A stretch of DNA of 64,000 nucleotides from Candidatus Binatia bacterium (GTDB lineage: Bacteria > Desulfobacterota > Binatia > UBA9968 > JAJDTQ01), in assembly GCA_963666515.2 (NCBI GenBank), contig OY762897.2, positions 3,968,001-4,032,000 of the forward strand, read 5' to 3'. The first letter of the stretch is position 1. Every line of letters starts with the position of its first letter. Position numbers and translations under genes: made by a program. The notes beneath the pieces were generated by a model. The model was not told the origin of the DNA. It searched no databases and was given only the letters and a program-made list of their open reading frames with translations. Shown piece after piece: positions 44,111-55,223 of this stretch.

Positions 44111-46098
44111 GTGCGTTTCCTGAGCGCCGCCTCGTAGGACTCGCGCGCCGCCGCTACCTCCGCCCGGTCCGACACCTCCGGCACTGCCACGTCCCACCAG
44201 TGGCCGCCCGCCTGGGTGCTGATCGCCGGATCGGTGTCGATGACGACGACTGAAGTCCGGTCGGCGGTGCGGGCCTCGACCAGCGCGGCTTCCAGCCCCG
44301 CGATGCCGTCCACGCGCGTCGCGATGGCTCCCATGGAGGCGGCATGGCCGGCGAAATTGATAGCCGAGGGCGTCTGGTGCCGGGCGGTATCCAGCAGGTT
44401 GTTGAAGCCGGCCCCGCCGGTGGTCCGTTGCAGCCGGTCGATGCAGCCGAAGCCCCGGTTGTCCAGCACCACGACGGTCAGCTTCAATCCCAGCATGACG
44501 CTCGTCGCCAACTCCGAGTTCATCATCATGTAGGAGCCGTCGCCCACCACCACGACTACGTCGGCTTCGGGCCGCGCCATCTTCACCCCCAGCCCCCCGG
44601 CGATCTCGTAGCCCATGCACGAGTACCCGTATTCCAGGTGGTAGTCGCCGCGGCGGGGCGAGCGCCACAGCTTGTGCAGTTCGCCGGGCAGACCTCCGGC
44701 CGCGCATACCACGATGCCGTTGTCGCTCATGTTCCGCTGCACCGCCCCGATCACCTGGGCGTCCGACGGCGCGGCTTCACTGCCGGTTGCATGGGTGGCC
44801 GCGTCCACGGCGCGGTCCCAGTCCGTCTTCAACGCCTCGTGCGACTCGCCGGAATGACCGCCCGGACGATTGACGACACGATCACGCGAGAGGTGGCCGC
44901 CGGCATCGCGCGGCTCGTCAACGGTGCCACTGCCGGGACGGCTGCCGACGTGCTCGCCCTGCCCGTAGGCCGGATCGGCCGAAGGCGTAGCCCGACTTGG
45001 CGTCCCGGCTGTCCTCGGCGAAGCGATTCGGTCGTCCAGCACGGCGTCCAGCTCTTCCAGGGTCGTCCGGGCGTCGCCCACCACGGCGATTGCGCCGTGC
45101 TTGGTTGCGTCGAAGGCCGCCGCATTGATGGCCAGCAGCCGCACCTCCGGGTTCTGGAACAGGCTCCAGGATCCGGTGGTGAAGTCCTGCAAGCGGGTGC
45201 CGACGGCGACGATCAGGTCCGCGGTTCGGGCCAGGGTGTTGGCGCTTTCGGCGCCGGTGACGCCGATGGCGCCCACGTTGCACGGGTGCGCCCACGGCAG
45301 CGCCGATTTGCCCGCCTGGGTCTCGGCCACGGGAATGCTGTGCCGCTCGGCGAACGCGGTCAGCGTCTCGCAGGCATCCGAATAGTGCACGCCGCCGCCG
45401 GCGATGATGAGCGGGGCCTTGGCCGCGCGCAGGGCCTCGGCGGCGCGGGCCAGCTCTCCCGCGTCGGGCCGTTGCCGGCGCATGGCCCATACCCGCGCCT
45501 CAAAGAATGACTCGGGGTAGTCGCAGGCTTCGGCCTGGACGTCCTGGCACAGGGCCAGGGTGACCGGGCCGCACCCGGCCGGGTCAGTGAGCGTGGCCAT
45601 GGCCCGCGGCAACGCCGTCAGGAGCTGCTCGGGACGGGTGATGCGGTCGAAGTAGCGGCTCACCGGGCGGAAGCAGTCGTTGGCGCTGACGGTGCCGTCC
45701 GAGAAGTCCTCCACCTGTTGCAGCACGGGGTCGGGAAGGCGGTTGGCGAACACGTCACCGGGCAGGAACAGCACCGGCAGGCGGTTCACGTGGGCCACCG
45801 CCGCGGCCGTCACCGTGTTGGTGGCGCCGGGTCCGATGGAGGAGGTCACCGCCATGGCCCGCTTGCGGTTGCTGGCCTTGGCGAAGGCGATGGCCGCGTG
45901 GGCCATGCCCTGCTCGTTGTGCCCCCGCCACGTGGGCAGCGCGTCGCCGGCCTGGTACAGGGCCTCGCCCAGCCCGGCGACGTTGCCGTGTCCGAAGATC
46001 GCCCACACCCCGGCGACGAAACGCTCGCCGTCCTCGTTCACCTGCGCGCCGAGATAGCGCACCAGCGCCTGCGCCGCGGTCAGTCGGATCGTGTTCAT
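44107..46098 (-). CDS. iolD: THcHDO acylhydrolase (ThDP-dependent)
   Basis: IRLTAAQAL, IFGHGNVAG, EYGYSCMGYEIAG, GDGSYMM and WWDVAVPEVS motifs. Confidence 0.93.
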   Translation of the reverse strand: MNTIRLTAAQALVRYLGAQVNEDGERFVAGVWAIFGHGNVAGLGEALYQAGDALPTWRGHNEQGMAHAAIAFAKASNRKRAMAVTSSIGPGATNTVTAAAVAHVNRLPVLFLPGDVFANRLPDPVLQQVEDFSDGTVSANDCFRPVSRYFDRITRPEQLLTALPRAMATLTDPAGCGPVTLALCQDVQAEACDYPESFFEARVWAMRRQRPDAGELARAAEALRAAKAPLIIAGGGVHYSDACETLTAFAERHSIPVAETQAGKSALPWAHPCNVGAIGVTGAESANTLARTADLIVAVGTRLQDFTTGSWSLFQNPEVRLLAINAAAFDATKHGAIAVVGDARTTLEELDAVLDDRIASPRTAGTPSRATPSADPAYGQGEHVGSRPGSGTVDEPRDAGGHLSRDRVVNRPGGHSGESHEALKTDWDRAVDAATHATGSEAAPSDAQVIGAVQRNMSDNGIVVCAAGGLPGELHKLWRSPRRGDYHLEYGYSCMGYEIAGGLGVKMARPEADVVVVVGDGSYMMMNSELATSVMLGLKLTVVVLDNRGFGCIDRLQRTTGGAGFNNLLDTARHQTPSAINFAGHAASMGAIATRVDGIAGLEAALVEARTADRTSVVVIDTDPAISTQAGGHWWDVAVPEVSDRAEVAAARESYEAALRKRT

Positions 46099-46104
46099 GG
46101 ATCG

Positions 46105-48021
46105 TCAGTCCCTGTTCATCTCGGCGGCCCGTGCCTCGTCCCAGGCTTGGCAAAGCCTTGCGTAGTTCTCGGCCATGCGCGCCACTGCTTCATCGTCTCC
46201 CATGCGACCGGCCATCCAGGCCCGCGCGACATCACCGAAGATCGTACGTCCGACGGCGAACCCTTTCACCATCCCATGTCCGGCCGCCACCTGGAAGCTC
46301 GTCCGCAACTCCTCGAAGGGCGCGTCCAGCCCCAGGACCACGATGCCCCGGCAATGGGGATCGTTGTTCTCGATGGCGGCGCAGGTCCTTCGCCAGGCGT
46401 CGTCCGAGATCATCGCCTCCAGCTTCCACCAGTCGGGATAGACCCCGATCTCGTAGAACCGCTCGATGATCGTGGCCGTGGTGGTGTCGTCCACCGGCCC
46501 GAACTTCGACGGGATGATCTCCACCAGGAAGTCCAGGGCGTTGGCGCGGGCGGCCTCGGCCAGCCGCTTGACCGTCGCTTCCTGGTCGGCGCGAAGCTCC
46601 TCCGGATCGTCCGGCCGGTAGAAGCAGAGCACCTTCACCACGTGCTCGGCGGGCCACTCCGCCAGCGCCGAGCCGATGTCGTCACCGATCTCCAGCCGCA
46701 ACGGCCGCGACCCGGGCTGCTCCACCGGCCGCCCGATCCACAGTCCCGTGCCCGCGGCCGCGTAGAGCGCGTCGCGGCCCAGGCGGCCGTCGCACAGGAT
46801 GCCGTACCCGTCGCGGCCGTCCGCCACCCGGAGCGCGGCCTCCAGGCACAGGCGCTTGAACGCGCCGATGTGCTCCATCGTCACACCACAGTTCCGAGCG
46901 ATCTCCTCGAACTGTGCGCGGTGGTCGAAGGCGAACACGCGCAGGCTCGGCCACGCTCTGGAGCGGTTGGTGGCCCAGTGGATCTGCTCCAGACGCGCAT
47001 CGTGGCGCACCGCAGGGGTCGCCGGTCCGTTGGCCAGGAAGTCACGCAGTTCGACCTCGCTGGGGTAGGCCGGGGTGCAGCCGTGGCGCGACACGGCCAG
47101 CGCGCCGCAGGCGTTGGCGATGCGCAGGGTCTCGGCCCAGCCCGCTCCCGTGAGCCAGCCCTTGAGCAGTCCGGCCATGAAGCCGTCGCCGGCTCCCAGG
47201 ACGTTGAACACTTCCACCCGGAACGACTCTCCGTTGACTCCTTCATCGAGGCTCGCGGGGACCGGTCCCTCGAACGCGGCGGCGCCCGCGGCGCCTCGCT
47301 TGCATACCAGCACCGCCTCCGACACCTCCCGCACGTTGGCCAGCGCCTCGACGGTGCCCGATGCGCCGCCGGCGATGTGGAACTCCTCTTCCGTGCCCAC
47401 GATCACGTCGAAGCGCGCCAGGGTGCTTTGCAGCTTGGCGGTCACGGCCGCGGACTCGATGAAGCGGTTCTCGCCGTCGCCGTGGCCGGAGAGGCCCCAC
47501 AGGTTGGGCCGGTAGTCGAGGTCGAGGATCGTTTTGGCGCCCGACTCGCGGGCCAAGTCCAGCGCCCGCAGGGTGGCGGCCTCGGTGCGCGGATGCGAGA
47601 GATGGGTGCCGGAGGCGAGCACGCAGCGCGCCTCGGCGATGAAGTCCGGGTCGATGTCGTCGGGCGACAGCGCCATGTCGGCGCAGTTCTCGCGGTAGAA
47701 GATCAGCGGGAACCGCTCCTGGTCGCGGATGCCCAGCAGCACCAGCGCGGTGAGGCGGTGGGGGTCGGTGATGACGCCGCGGACGTCCACCCCTTCGGCC
47801 CGCAACTGCTCGCGGATGAAGCGGCCCATGTGCTCGTCGCCGACGCGGGTGATGACCGCGGACCTGAGCCCCAGCCGGGCGGCGCCCGCGGCGGCGTTGG
47901 TAGGCGAGCCGCCGATGTACTTGCGGAACGACCGCATGTCCTCCAGCCGGCCGCCCACTTGGCCGCCGTACAGGTCCACCGACGACCGGCCGATGGAGAT
48001 GACGTCCAGAGCGCGTTTCAT
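46105..48021 (-). CDS. iolC: 5-dehydro-2-deoxygluconokinase with DUF2090 domain
   Basis: IGRSSVDLYG, GGSPTN, NVLGAGDGF, AFDHR, PDWWKLE and GFAVGRTIF motifs. Confidence 0.93.
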   Translation of the reverse strand: MKRALDVISIGRSSVDLYGGQVGGRLEDMRSFRKYIGGSPTNAAAGAARLGLRSAVITRVGDEHMGRFIREQLRAEGVDVRGVITDPHRLTALVLLGIRDQERFPLIFYRENCADMALSPDDIDPDFIAEARCVLASGTHLSHPRTEAATLRALDLARESGAKTILDLDYRPNLWGLSGHGDGENRFIESAAVTAKLQSTLARFDVIVGTEEEFHIAGGASGTVEALANVREVSEAVLVCKRGAAGAAAFEGPVPASLDEGVNGESFRVEVFNVLGAGDGFMAGLLKGWLTGAGWAETLRIANACGALAVSRHGCTPAYPSEVELRDFLANGPATPAVRHDARLEQIHWATNRSRAWPSLRVFAFDHRAQFEEIARNCGVTMEHIGAFKRLCLEAALRVADGRDGYGILCDGRLGRDALYAAAGTGLWIGRPVEQPGSRPLRLEIGDDIGSALAEWPAEHVVKVLCFYRPDDPEELRADQEATVKRLAEAARANALDFLVEIIPSKFGPVDDTTTATIIERFYEIGVYPDWWKLEAMISDDAWRRTCAAIENNDPHCRGIVVLGLDAPFEELRTSFQVAAGHGMVKGFAVGRTIFGDVARAWMAGRMGDDEAVARMAENYARLCQAWDEARAAEMNRD

Positions 48022-48088
48022 GCGATTCCGCCCGACTATAAATTCAATCGTTGAAATTGAAAACACAAAATTCTAGTGTCCTGACACC

Positions 48089-48829
48089 ATGATCAGATCT
48101 GCATTGCGTGCTTGTGGGATCATCGCGTGCGCGCTGCTGCCGGCGGGCGCCGCCGTCGCCCAGTCGATGGAGCAGGTGCGGGCGTTGTACGCCGAGGGCC
48201 GTTTCGTCGAGGCGGCCGAGTTGGGCGCGGCCGTCAAGATTTCCGAGAGCTACGCGTTGGCGGCGCAGTCGCTGGCGATGCAGGGCCACTTCTTCGCGGA
48301 GGGCGAGGAGAAGAAGGCGCTGTTCCAGCGCGCCGTGGAGTTGGCGGAGGAGGCCGTGCGGCTCGATCCGGCCAACCCGGAAGCCCACCTCCAACTGGCC
48401 CATACCAGGGGCCGGTACGCCCAGGCCATCGGCTTCCTGCAGGCGGTGGCAGGGGGGTATGCCACGAAGGTACGCGAGTCCATCGAAGAGGCGTTACGGC
48501 TGGACCCCGACAAGCCGGGGGCTCACCTGAGCATGGCGACGTGGCATGCGGAGATCGTCAACGCCGCCGGCGCCATGGCGGGATTCCTTTACGGAGGCTC
48601 GGCGAAGAAGGCCCGCGGGCACTACGAACGAACCGTCGAGTTGAAGCCCGACGCCAAGGTGGCCTTCGTCGAATACGCCTTCGGCCTGTTGCTGCTGGAC
48701 GAGGAGCGCAACCGGGAGGAGGCGCGCCGCCTGTTCCGGCGAGCCCTCGAGAAACCCTCCACGGATGCCGTCGACCGTCTCTACCACGAGCAGGCCGCGG
48801 CGCGGCTGGCCGCGTTGGAAGGCGGCTAG
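48089..48829 (+). CDS. Exported TPR-repeat protein
   Basis: Signal peptide AVA-QS; repeated helical AVRLDP/ALRLDP/VELKP motifs. Confidence 0.75.
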   Translation: MIRSALRACGIIACALLPAGAAVAQSMEQVRALYAEGRFVEAAELGAAVKISESYALAAQSLAMQGHFFAEGEEKKALFQRAVELAEEAVRLDPANPEAHLQLAHTRGRYAQAIGFLQAVAGGYATKVRESIEEALRLDPDKPGAHLSMATWHAEIVNAAGAMAGFLYGGSAKKARGHYERTVELKPDAKVAFVEYAFGLLLLDEERNREEARRLFRRALEKPSTDAVDRLYHEQAAARLAALEGG

Positions 48830-48911
48830 CCGGCTGTATCGGCGCGCCCCGCTGTGGTCATGACCGGGCATTGTTTCCGCGACATCTTTCCTCTCCTTTC
48901 TCCTGAATCCG

Positions 48912-49292
48912 TTACCAGATCGTCCGGGAATAGAAAGCGCGGATTGTGGCATCGGACGTGACCAGCGGGCAGGCGTGCAGACTGGCGGTGGCAACGATGG
49001 TGCGGTCGGCGGGGTCGCGGTGGTCCCAGTCGAGATCGAGGCTCTTGATCCAGGTGCGGACATCCACGGGAAGAATGTCGACGCGGTCGATTCGCTCGAG
49101 CCCATCCGCGAACTCCTGGATGGGCACCGGGATGGAGAGCCTTTGTCTCTTGACCTTCAGGCCGACCTCCCAGATCGAGATGGAACTGAGGATAATGCGG
49201 TCGGCGTCGTCGATGGCCCGGGAGGCGGCCCGGGAGAGACGCTCTCTGTCCAGGGTCCAGAAGATCAGGGCGGAAGTGTCGAGTACGATCAT
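48912..49292 (-). CDS. vapC: VapC PIN-domain toxin
   Basis: VLDTSALIFW, SSISIWE, HRDPADRTIVATA and LVTSD motifs. Confidence 0.9.
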   Translation of the reverse strand: MIVLDTSALIFWTLDRERLSRAASRAIDDADRIILSSISIWEVGLKVKRQRLSIPVPIQEFADGLERIDRVDILPVDVRTWIKSLDLDWDHRDPADRTIVATASLHACPLVTSDATIRAFYSRTIW

Positions 49293-49523
49293 TTACGACT
49301 CAGGCCATTCGTCCGTGGTGGGCGTGTTGATGTCCTCGTGGTAAATGACGTTGCCCTGAACGGCGCCGAACACTTCCTCCACGGACCCCTTCCGAGCGAT
49401 GGGCTGAATGCGCAGGACGGGGCGGTTGTGGTCGGTGACGATCAGTTCCTCGCCGCTTTCTTCGATCTCGCGAAAGACGCGAAGCATGTTGGCCTTGAGC
49501 TTGCTCTTCGAGATGGAAGTCAT
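49293..49523 (-). CDS. Phd/YefM family antitoxin
   Basis: ISKSKLKA...GEELIVTDHNRPV; directly upstream of vapC; TGACC/GGTCA palindromes at 49554-49579. Confidence 0.87.
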   Translation of the reverse strand: MTSISKSKLKANMLRVFREIEESGEELIVTDHNRPVLRIQPIARKGSVEEVFGAVQGNVIYHEDINTPTTDEWPES

Positions 49524-49707
49524 GGTTAAGTCCCGATGGTTACGTTTCCAATTATGACCGGGGTCACGATCCTGGTCATTTATCACAGTTTGGGCTGCCT
49601 TTGTCAATCCTGAATGAGTGGGCTTACGGTTTGCCTGGCGCATGTCCGCTTCGCGAAGGTGTGCTATCATGCCGGGATCATCCTCGTCCGTGACGCGGGG
49701 TAGTTGA

Positions 49708-52272
49708 ATGCAGTCCCCAGCCGATACATCCTCGAATGCCATTACCAGGGACCCCGTGTGCGGGATGGAGGTTTCCCTCTCGGCCGGGAAGCCTTCGCTG
49801 GAACACCTCGGGCACCAGTATCATTTCTGCTGTGAGGGGTGCCTGAAGAAGTTCTCGGCGGCGCCGGACGATTACATCGAGGCCAAGGATCCGGTCTGCG
49901 GCATGACGGTCCAGCGCGCCACCGCGCGGTATATGGTCCGGCACGACGGGGAGCGGTTCTATTTCTGCTCCGGGCACTGCCAAGCGCGCTTCGAGTCCTC
50001 TCCGGAGGAGTTCCTCGGTCCCCGTTCCGAACCTGCGCCGGCGCCGGAGGGCGTCAAGTACACCTGCCCGATGGACCCGGAGATCGTGCGCGACGCTCCG
50101 GGCGACTGCCCGATCTGCGGCATGGCCCTCGAGCCCATGATGCCGTCGGCGGATGCCGGCCCCAATCCGGAGCTGGCTGACTTCAGGCGGCGCCTTTGGG
50201 TCGGCGCGCCGCTCGGTGTCGCCACCCTCGTGCTGGAGATGGGCGGGCATCTCGGGCTGCCCATGGCCGAATGGCTCGGGCCGTGGCTGCACGTCTGGCT
50301 GCAGTTCCTGCTGGCGACCCCGGTGGTGGTGTGGGTGGCGCTGCCGTTCTTCAAGCGCGGCTGGGCTTCGGTGGTGAACCGCAGTCCCAACATGTGGACG
50401 CTGATCGCGCTCGGCGCCGGAGCGTCCTACGCCTTCAGTGTGGCTGCGGTGTTGGCGCCGGCGCTCTTCCCGGAATCGGTGCGCGGGCCGCACGGGCTGC
50501 CGCCGGTCTACTTCGAGGCCGCGGCGATCATTCTCATCCTGGTGCTGGTGGGCCAGATCTTCGAGTTGTCCGCACGCGAGCGCACCGGCGGCGCGATCCG
50601 GGCGCTGCTGGACTTGGCGCCCAAGACCGCGCGGCGGGTGACGGACGCCGGCGACGAGGACGTGCCGCTGGAAGCGGTCAAGGTCGGCGACCGGCTGCTG
50701 GTGCGGCCGGGGGAGAGCGTGCCGGTGGACGGCGTGGTCCTCGACGGCCACTCGGCGGTGGACGAGAGGCTGCTGACCGGCGAGCCGATCCCGGTGGAGA
50801 AGGCGGTGGGCGACCCGGTGACGGGGGGCACCATCAACCAGTCGGGCTCGTTCACCATGCGCGCCGAGGGGGTCGGCGCCGACACGGTGCTGGCGCGCAT
50901 CGTCGACATGGTGGCCGCGGCGCAGCGCAGCCGCGCTCCGGTCCAGGCCCTGGTGGACCGCGTCGCGAGCTGGTTCGTGCCCGCGGTGGTGGTGGTGTCG
51001 CTGATCTCGCTGGTGGTGTGGCTGGCCGTCGGCCCCGCGCCCGCCCTCGCCAACGCCGTGGTGGCGGCCGTGAGCGTCCTCGTCATCGCCTGCCCGTGCG
51101 CCCTCGGGCTCGCCACCCCCATGTCGATCATGGTGGCGACCGGCCGCGGCGCCCAGGCGGGCGTGCTGGTGCGGGATGCCGCGGCGCTGGAGAGCCTCGC
51201 CAGAGTAGACGTGCTGATCGTCGACAAGACCGGCACCCTGACCGAAGGGAAGCCCGAGCTGACCGACGTGATCGCCGCGCCGGCCGCCTTGAGCAGCACT
51301 GCCGCCACCCCGGCCGCCGCGGACATGGACGAGGCGGAGATCCTGTCGTTGGCGGCTTCCCTCGAACGCGGGTCGGAGCACCCGCTGGCGGAGGCGATCC
51401 TCGCCGGCGCCCGGGCGCGGGGCGCCGTGCTCCACGAGACCACCGACTTCGAGGCCGTTCCCGGGAAAGGCGTCCGCGGCCGGGTCGCGGGCCGCGCGGT
51501 GGCCCTCGGCAACTTGGCGCTCATGGGCGAGTCGGGCGCTGTCCTCGGCGAAGTCGCCGGTGCCGCCGAGGGGCCGCAGGCCGGCCAGGAGTCGAGAGCG
51601 AGCGCCATGTCCGCCGGCGAGATTGCGCGCACCGCCGAACGGTTGCAGGAAGCGGGCAAGACCGTGATGTTCGTTGCCGTGGATGGGAAGCTGCGGGGCC
51701 TCGTGGCGGCGGCGGACCGTATCAAACCCACCGCCCGCGAGGCCCTCGGCAGGCTCCGCCGCTCAGGGCTCCGCATCATGATGTTGACCGGAGACAGTCC
51801 CCGGGCAGCCCGCGCGGTGGCCGCCGAACTCGACATCGACGACTGGCGGGCGGAAGCCACGCCGGCGGGCAAGCAGGACATCGTCGCCGAGTTGAAGGCC
51901 GGCGGCGGTCACGTGGCCATGGCGGGCGACGGCATCAACGACGCCCCCGCCCTCGCCGCGGCCGATACCGGCATCGCCATGGGCACCGGCGCGGACGTGG
52001 CCATCAAGAGCGCCGGCGTCACCCTGATGCGCGGCGACTTGAACGGCATCGTGCGCGCGCGGCTGCTGGCGCGCGGCACCTTGAGCAACATCCGGCAGAA
52101 CCTGTTCTTCGCCTTCGTCTACAACGCGGTGGGCGTGACCATCGCGGCCGGCGTCTTCTACCCGATGTTCGGCCTGCTGCTCTCGCCCATGGTCGCCGCC
52201 GCCGCCATGAGCCTGTCGTCGGTGTCCGTGGTGGGAAACGCGCTCCGGCTGAGACGCATCCGGCTCGGGTGA
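49708..52272 (+). CDS. copA: Cu+/Ag+ P1B-type ATPase with two YHS domains and a heavy-metal-binding domain
   Basis: DPVCGM x2, YTCPM..CPICGM, TGE, CPC, DKTGT, HP, GDGIND, YN and MSLSS motifs. Confidence 0.93.
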   Translation: MQSPADTSSNAITRDPVCGMEVSLSAGKPSLEHLGHQYHFCCEGCLKKFSAAPDDYIEAKDPVCGMTVQRATARYMVRHDGERFYFCSGHCQARFESSPEEFLGPRSEPAPAPEGVKYTCPMDPEIVRDAPGDCPICGMALEPMMPSADAGPNPELADFRRRLWVGAPLGVATLVLEMGGHLGLPMAEWLGPWLHVWLQFLLATPVVVWVALPFFKRGWASVVNRSPNMWTLIALGAGASYAFSVAAVLAPALFPESVRGPHGLPPVYFEAAAIILILVLVGQIFELSARERTGGAIRALLDLAPKTARRVTDAGDEDVPLEAVKVGDRLLVRPGESVPVDGVVLDGHSAVDERLLTGEPIPVEKAVGDPVTGGTINQSGSFTMRAEGVGADTVLARIVDMVAAAQRSRAPVQALVDRVASWFVPAVVVVSLISLVVWLAVGPAPALANAVVAAVSVLVIACPCALGLATPMSIMVATGRGAQAGVLVRDAAALESLARVDVLIVDKTGTLTEGKPELTDVIAAPAALSSTAATPAAADMDEAEILSLAASLERGSEHPLAEAILAGARARGAVLHETTDFEAVPGKGVRGRVAGRAVALGNLALMGESGAVLGEVAGAAEGPQAGQESRASAMSAGEIARTAERLQEAGKTVMFVAVDGKLRGLVAAADRIKPTAREALGRLRRSGLRIMMLTGDSPRAARAVAAELDIDDWRAEATPAGKQDIVAELKAGGGHVAMAGDGINDAPALAAADTGIAMGTGADVAIKSAGVTLMRGDLNGIVRARLLARGTLSNIRQNLFFAFVYNAVGVTIAAGVFYPMFGLLLSPMVAAAAMSLSSVSVVGNALRLRRIRLG

Positions 52273-52325
52273 ACTACGGAATCGGCCAGTGGCTTGGCCG
52301 TCCTGCTAGGAGGCCGTCCGAGAAA

Positions 52326-52454
52326 TGGCGTCCTTCGACTTCGCTCCGCAAAGCCTGTCCTGAGCCGGTCGAAGGGCTCAGGACGAACGGTTATGTTTGT
52401 TTCTCCGTTCGTCCTGAGCGTAGCGACGCGAAGCGTCACGAAGTCGAAGGACGG
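52326..52454. repeat. Long palindromic REP/MITE-like element, copy 2
   Basis: Same terminal inverted repeats and GCTCAGGACGAACGG/CCGTTCGTCCTGAGC arms as the copies at 22352 and 62511; lies between convergent genes. Confidence 0.8.
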
Positions 52455-52474
52455 TCGATTACTCGGACAGGCTG

Positions 52475-53626
52475 CTAGGTCAGGAGGCCTCGATCCGGCA
52501 CGATACCGTCCAGGAACTCCTGCGCCGGTAGACACCAGATGCCGTCGATCCGCAAGCGTTCCCGGCCGCGATAGAGCAACGCGGCCTCTGCCTCGGGGTA
52601 GTCCTTGCAAAATGCTCTCAGCGCGCGCAGGTCGCTGGAACGTACCTTGCCGGTGTTCTTGACCTCGAACGCCTGGAGCCCCGTTTCGCCGTAGACCACG
52701 AAGTCGACTTCGGTCCCGCCGCGAGTGCGCCAGAAGAATACCTCCACGCCGTGCCTGGAATACGCGGCCCACGCGCGAAGATGCTGGGCCACCAACCCTT
52801 CCAGCGCTTGGCCGTCTATCTCTTCAGGCCGGTCCAAGGGTCCCTTGGGACGCAACGAGCGAAACACCCCGGCGTCGAACAGGTAGATCTTCTCGTGGGT
52901 CACGGTGGCGCGCTTGGCGCGTTTGCGAAAGACGGGCAGCCGGAAGGCCAGGAGAAGGTCCTCCAGGATGGCGACATAGCCGGCGACGACCTTGCGCTCC
53001 ACTTCACATTCCCTGGCCACCGCCGTGACGTTGAGTTGGGCGCCGTGGGAGAAGCTGACCGCTTCCAGGAATCGGGTAAAATTACCGACGTTCCGCGTCA
53101 GCCCTTCGGCCCGCACTTCCTGTTCGAGATACAGGCTCGCGTAAGCGCCCAGGACGTCCGTGGGGTCGGCGGACGCCATGACCAGCGGCAGCAACCCCGT
53201 TTCCAGTGTTCGTGCGAGATCGAAATCGGGCAACTCCGCGGCCATGAACGGATGCATGGTGCGGTGCACGGCCCGTCCCCCCAGGAGGTCCACGCCCCCG
53301 CGCCGAAGCTTCCGGGCGCTGGATCCGGTCAGAATGAAGCGTGGAGGCGAAGGCTCCTCCAACAACGCGTGGACCACGGTCAACAACTCCGGGATCCGCT
53401 GGATCTCGTCGATGACCACCGTGCCCGTTTGTGGCGAGCCGGCGATCAGTTCCCGGAGGCGCTCGGGGCGGGCATCCAGGCTGCGATGCAGGGCGGGTTC
53501 GAGCAGGTCCAGGAACAGGGCGTCCGGGAGTCGGTCGCGCAACCACGTGGACTTCCCTGTCCCGCGGGGACCGAACAGGAAACAACTCTGGTCCGGAATA
53601 TCGAAAAAACGACTTACTAATTCCAT
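52475..53626 (-). CDS. AAA_14 ATPase with DUF4143 domain
   Basis: GPRGTGKST, IDEIQ, LTGSSA, KIYLFDAG and EVDFV...FEVK motifs. Confidence 0.88.
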   Translation of the reverse strand: MELVSRFFDIPDQSCFLFGPRGTGKSTWLRDRLPDALFLDLLEPALHRSLDARPERLRELIAGSPQTGTVVIDEIQRIPELLTVVHALLEEPSPPRFILTGSSARKLRRGGVDLLGGRAVHRTMHPFMAAELPDFDLARTLETGLLPLVMASADPTDVLGAYASLYLEQEVRAEGLTRNVGNFTRFLEAVSFSHGAQLNVTAVARECEVERKVVAGYVAILEDLLLAFRLPVFRKRAKRATVTHEKIYLFDAGVFRSLRPKGPLDRPEEIDGQALEGLVAQHLRAWAAYSRHGVEVFFWRTRGGTEVDFVVYGETGLQAFEVKNTGKVRSSDLRALRAFCKDYPEAEAALLYRGRERLRIDGIWCLPAQEFLDGIVPDRGLLT

Positions 53627-53777
53627 TTTGCGTCCAAAATTGGAAATATAATATCCAATTTGGCGCAATTGGAACTGGAAGGCAAACGGCCAGGGCGACC
53701 GCGGGTCACCCCTACATGGGGTTCATCGCTGGCGCATACTCGGACGGGCTCCTGGCGGGAGCGAGTTGGGTGCGCCG

Positions 53778-55088
53778 TCACACCTCGTAGTACCCGTTCA
53801 TGATGGCGTCGTGCCAGACCTTGGTGATCACCGGGCAGACGCCCAAGGGCAGGCCGTCCTCGGTCCTCCAGTAGGAATGGATGCCGGTGCCGATCTCGAC
53901 CACGCGGACCTTGGGGGCCGGGTTCATGGCCGCGTACTCGGCCTTGACGATGTTGTTGTACTTGGGGGGCGTGTGGTCCCGGCTGAACTTGTTGATGCCG
54001 TAGAGGAGCGGCGGGATGGGTTTGCCGGGCAGCGGCCGGCCGTAGCTCAGGTAGCGGTCCACCAGCGCCTGGGTCTCCTCGGCGTTCATCTTCATGCGCT
54101 CGGCCGTGACCTTGGCGGCCTCGGTGAGGCAGGGGTGGCTGTCGCTGTGGAGCCAGTTCTCGGCCTTGAACTGCGGGAAGCGCTTGACCCGCTGCCACAT
54201 CTCGAAGACCTCCTCCATCAGCCACGCCAGCCGGAACAGCGGCTTCTCGCCTTCCTGCATGGCCACCTCCGCGCCGGTGTAGCGCGCCAGCTCGCGCCAG
54301 GTGCGGATGAGCACGTGGTCGAAGGGGGTCGGCCAGTCGTGGCCGCTCATCTTGCGGAAGATGTAGGCGAAGGGCGAGTTCTCGATGCCGATGAGCCCCT
54401 TGCCGTTCTCGATGCGTTGCAGCAGGGTGTGGCTGAAGGGGCCGCCGGTGGAGTGGCCGTGGGTGAACACCGAATACTCGCCCACCGGAAGGTGCCGGCG
54501 GCAGATGTCCAGCATCCCTTCCTCGAAGGCCACCGGCCAGGCCGCCATCCGGTAGTAGAAGTTGCTGTCCTTCTTGGCCCGGGCGTACGATCGGGAGCCG
54601 TAGATCTCGCGCAGGGAGGCGTCGTTGACCACCTCGTACTCGTCCCGGCCGATGAACTCGCCGTCCAGCCAGATAGGGGTACGGACGCTGCCGTCTTCGT
54701 GGATGGTGTCGTCGGGCCAGTCGCGGCTGGGGTCCGGGAGATAGAGGCGGCCGGGGTAGGTCATGCTGCACACCTTGTAGCCGCGCTTCCCGGCGAAACA
54801 CTGCGCCAGCCGCTCGATGGAGCGCCAGTCGCTGGCGCCGCCGTGGGTCATGAAGATGCCGAGCTTGTTGCCGTCCGGGCCGGTGGGGATCTTGGCCGGG
54901 TCCTCGGGCTCGTACACCATGCAGCCGATGTCCCAGTCCATGCCGTTGGCGTGGATGCGGAAGACGTCCTCGGTCTCGGTGTAGGGAATGTCCGGCTCCG
55001 CGAGGATGCCGTCGGATATCTTGACCAACTCCTCCTTGGAGAGGCTGGCGGGCGGTTCCCAGCTATCGGCGGTCTGCGTCTTGGCCAT
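53778..55088 (-). CDS. Hypothetical protein, probable alpha/beta-hydrolase fold
   Basis: HGG oxyanion motif, GHSTGG nucleophile elbow, C-terminal GIHSY; strong host-like codon bias. Confidence 0.65.
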   Translation of the reverse strand: MAKTQTADSWEPPASLSKEELVKISDGILAEPDIPYTETEDVFRIHANGMDWDIGCMVYEPEDPAKIPTGPDGNKLGIFMTHGGASDWRSIERLAQCFAGKRGYKVCSMTYPGRLYLPDPSRDWPDDTIHEDGSVRTPIWLDGEFIGRDEYEVVNDASLREIYGSRSYARAKKDSNFYYRMAAWPVAFEEGMLDICRRHLPVGEYSVFTHGHSTGGPFSHTLLQRIENGKGLIGIENSPFAYIFRKMSGHDWPTPFDHVLIRTWRELARYTGAEVAMQEGEKPLFRLAWLMEEVFEMWQRVKRFPQFKAENWLHSDSHPCLTEAAKVTAERMKMNAEETQALVDRYLSYGRPLPGKPIPPLLYGINKFSRDHTPPKYNNIVKAEYAAMNPAPKVRVVEIGTGIHSYWRTEDGLPLGVCPVITKVWHDAIMNGYYEV

Positions 55089-55223
55089 GGCGAGTCTCCC
55101 TTGCGCGTGATGGATGGTGTTCGGATGCGTGGACTCTAACACGCCTTGGGACGGCGGACCACATGCCGTGAGGCCCGCGCCCCCGCTTGCGGCAGTGCGC
55201 GCCGTTCGCGTATCAACGACACC

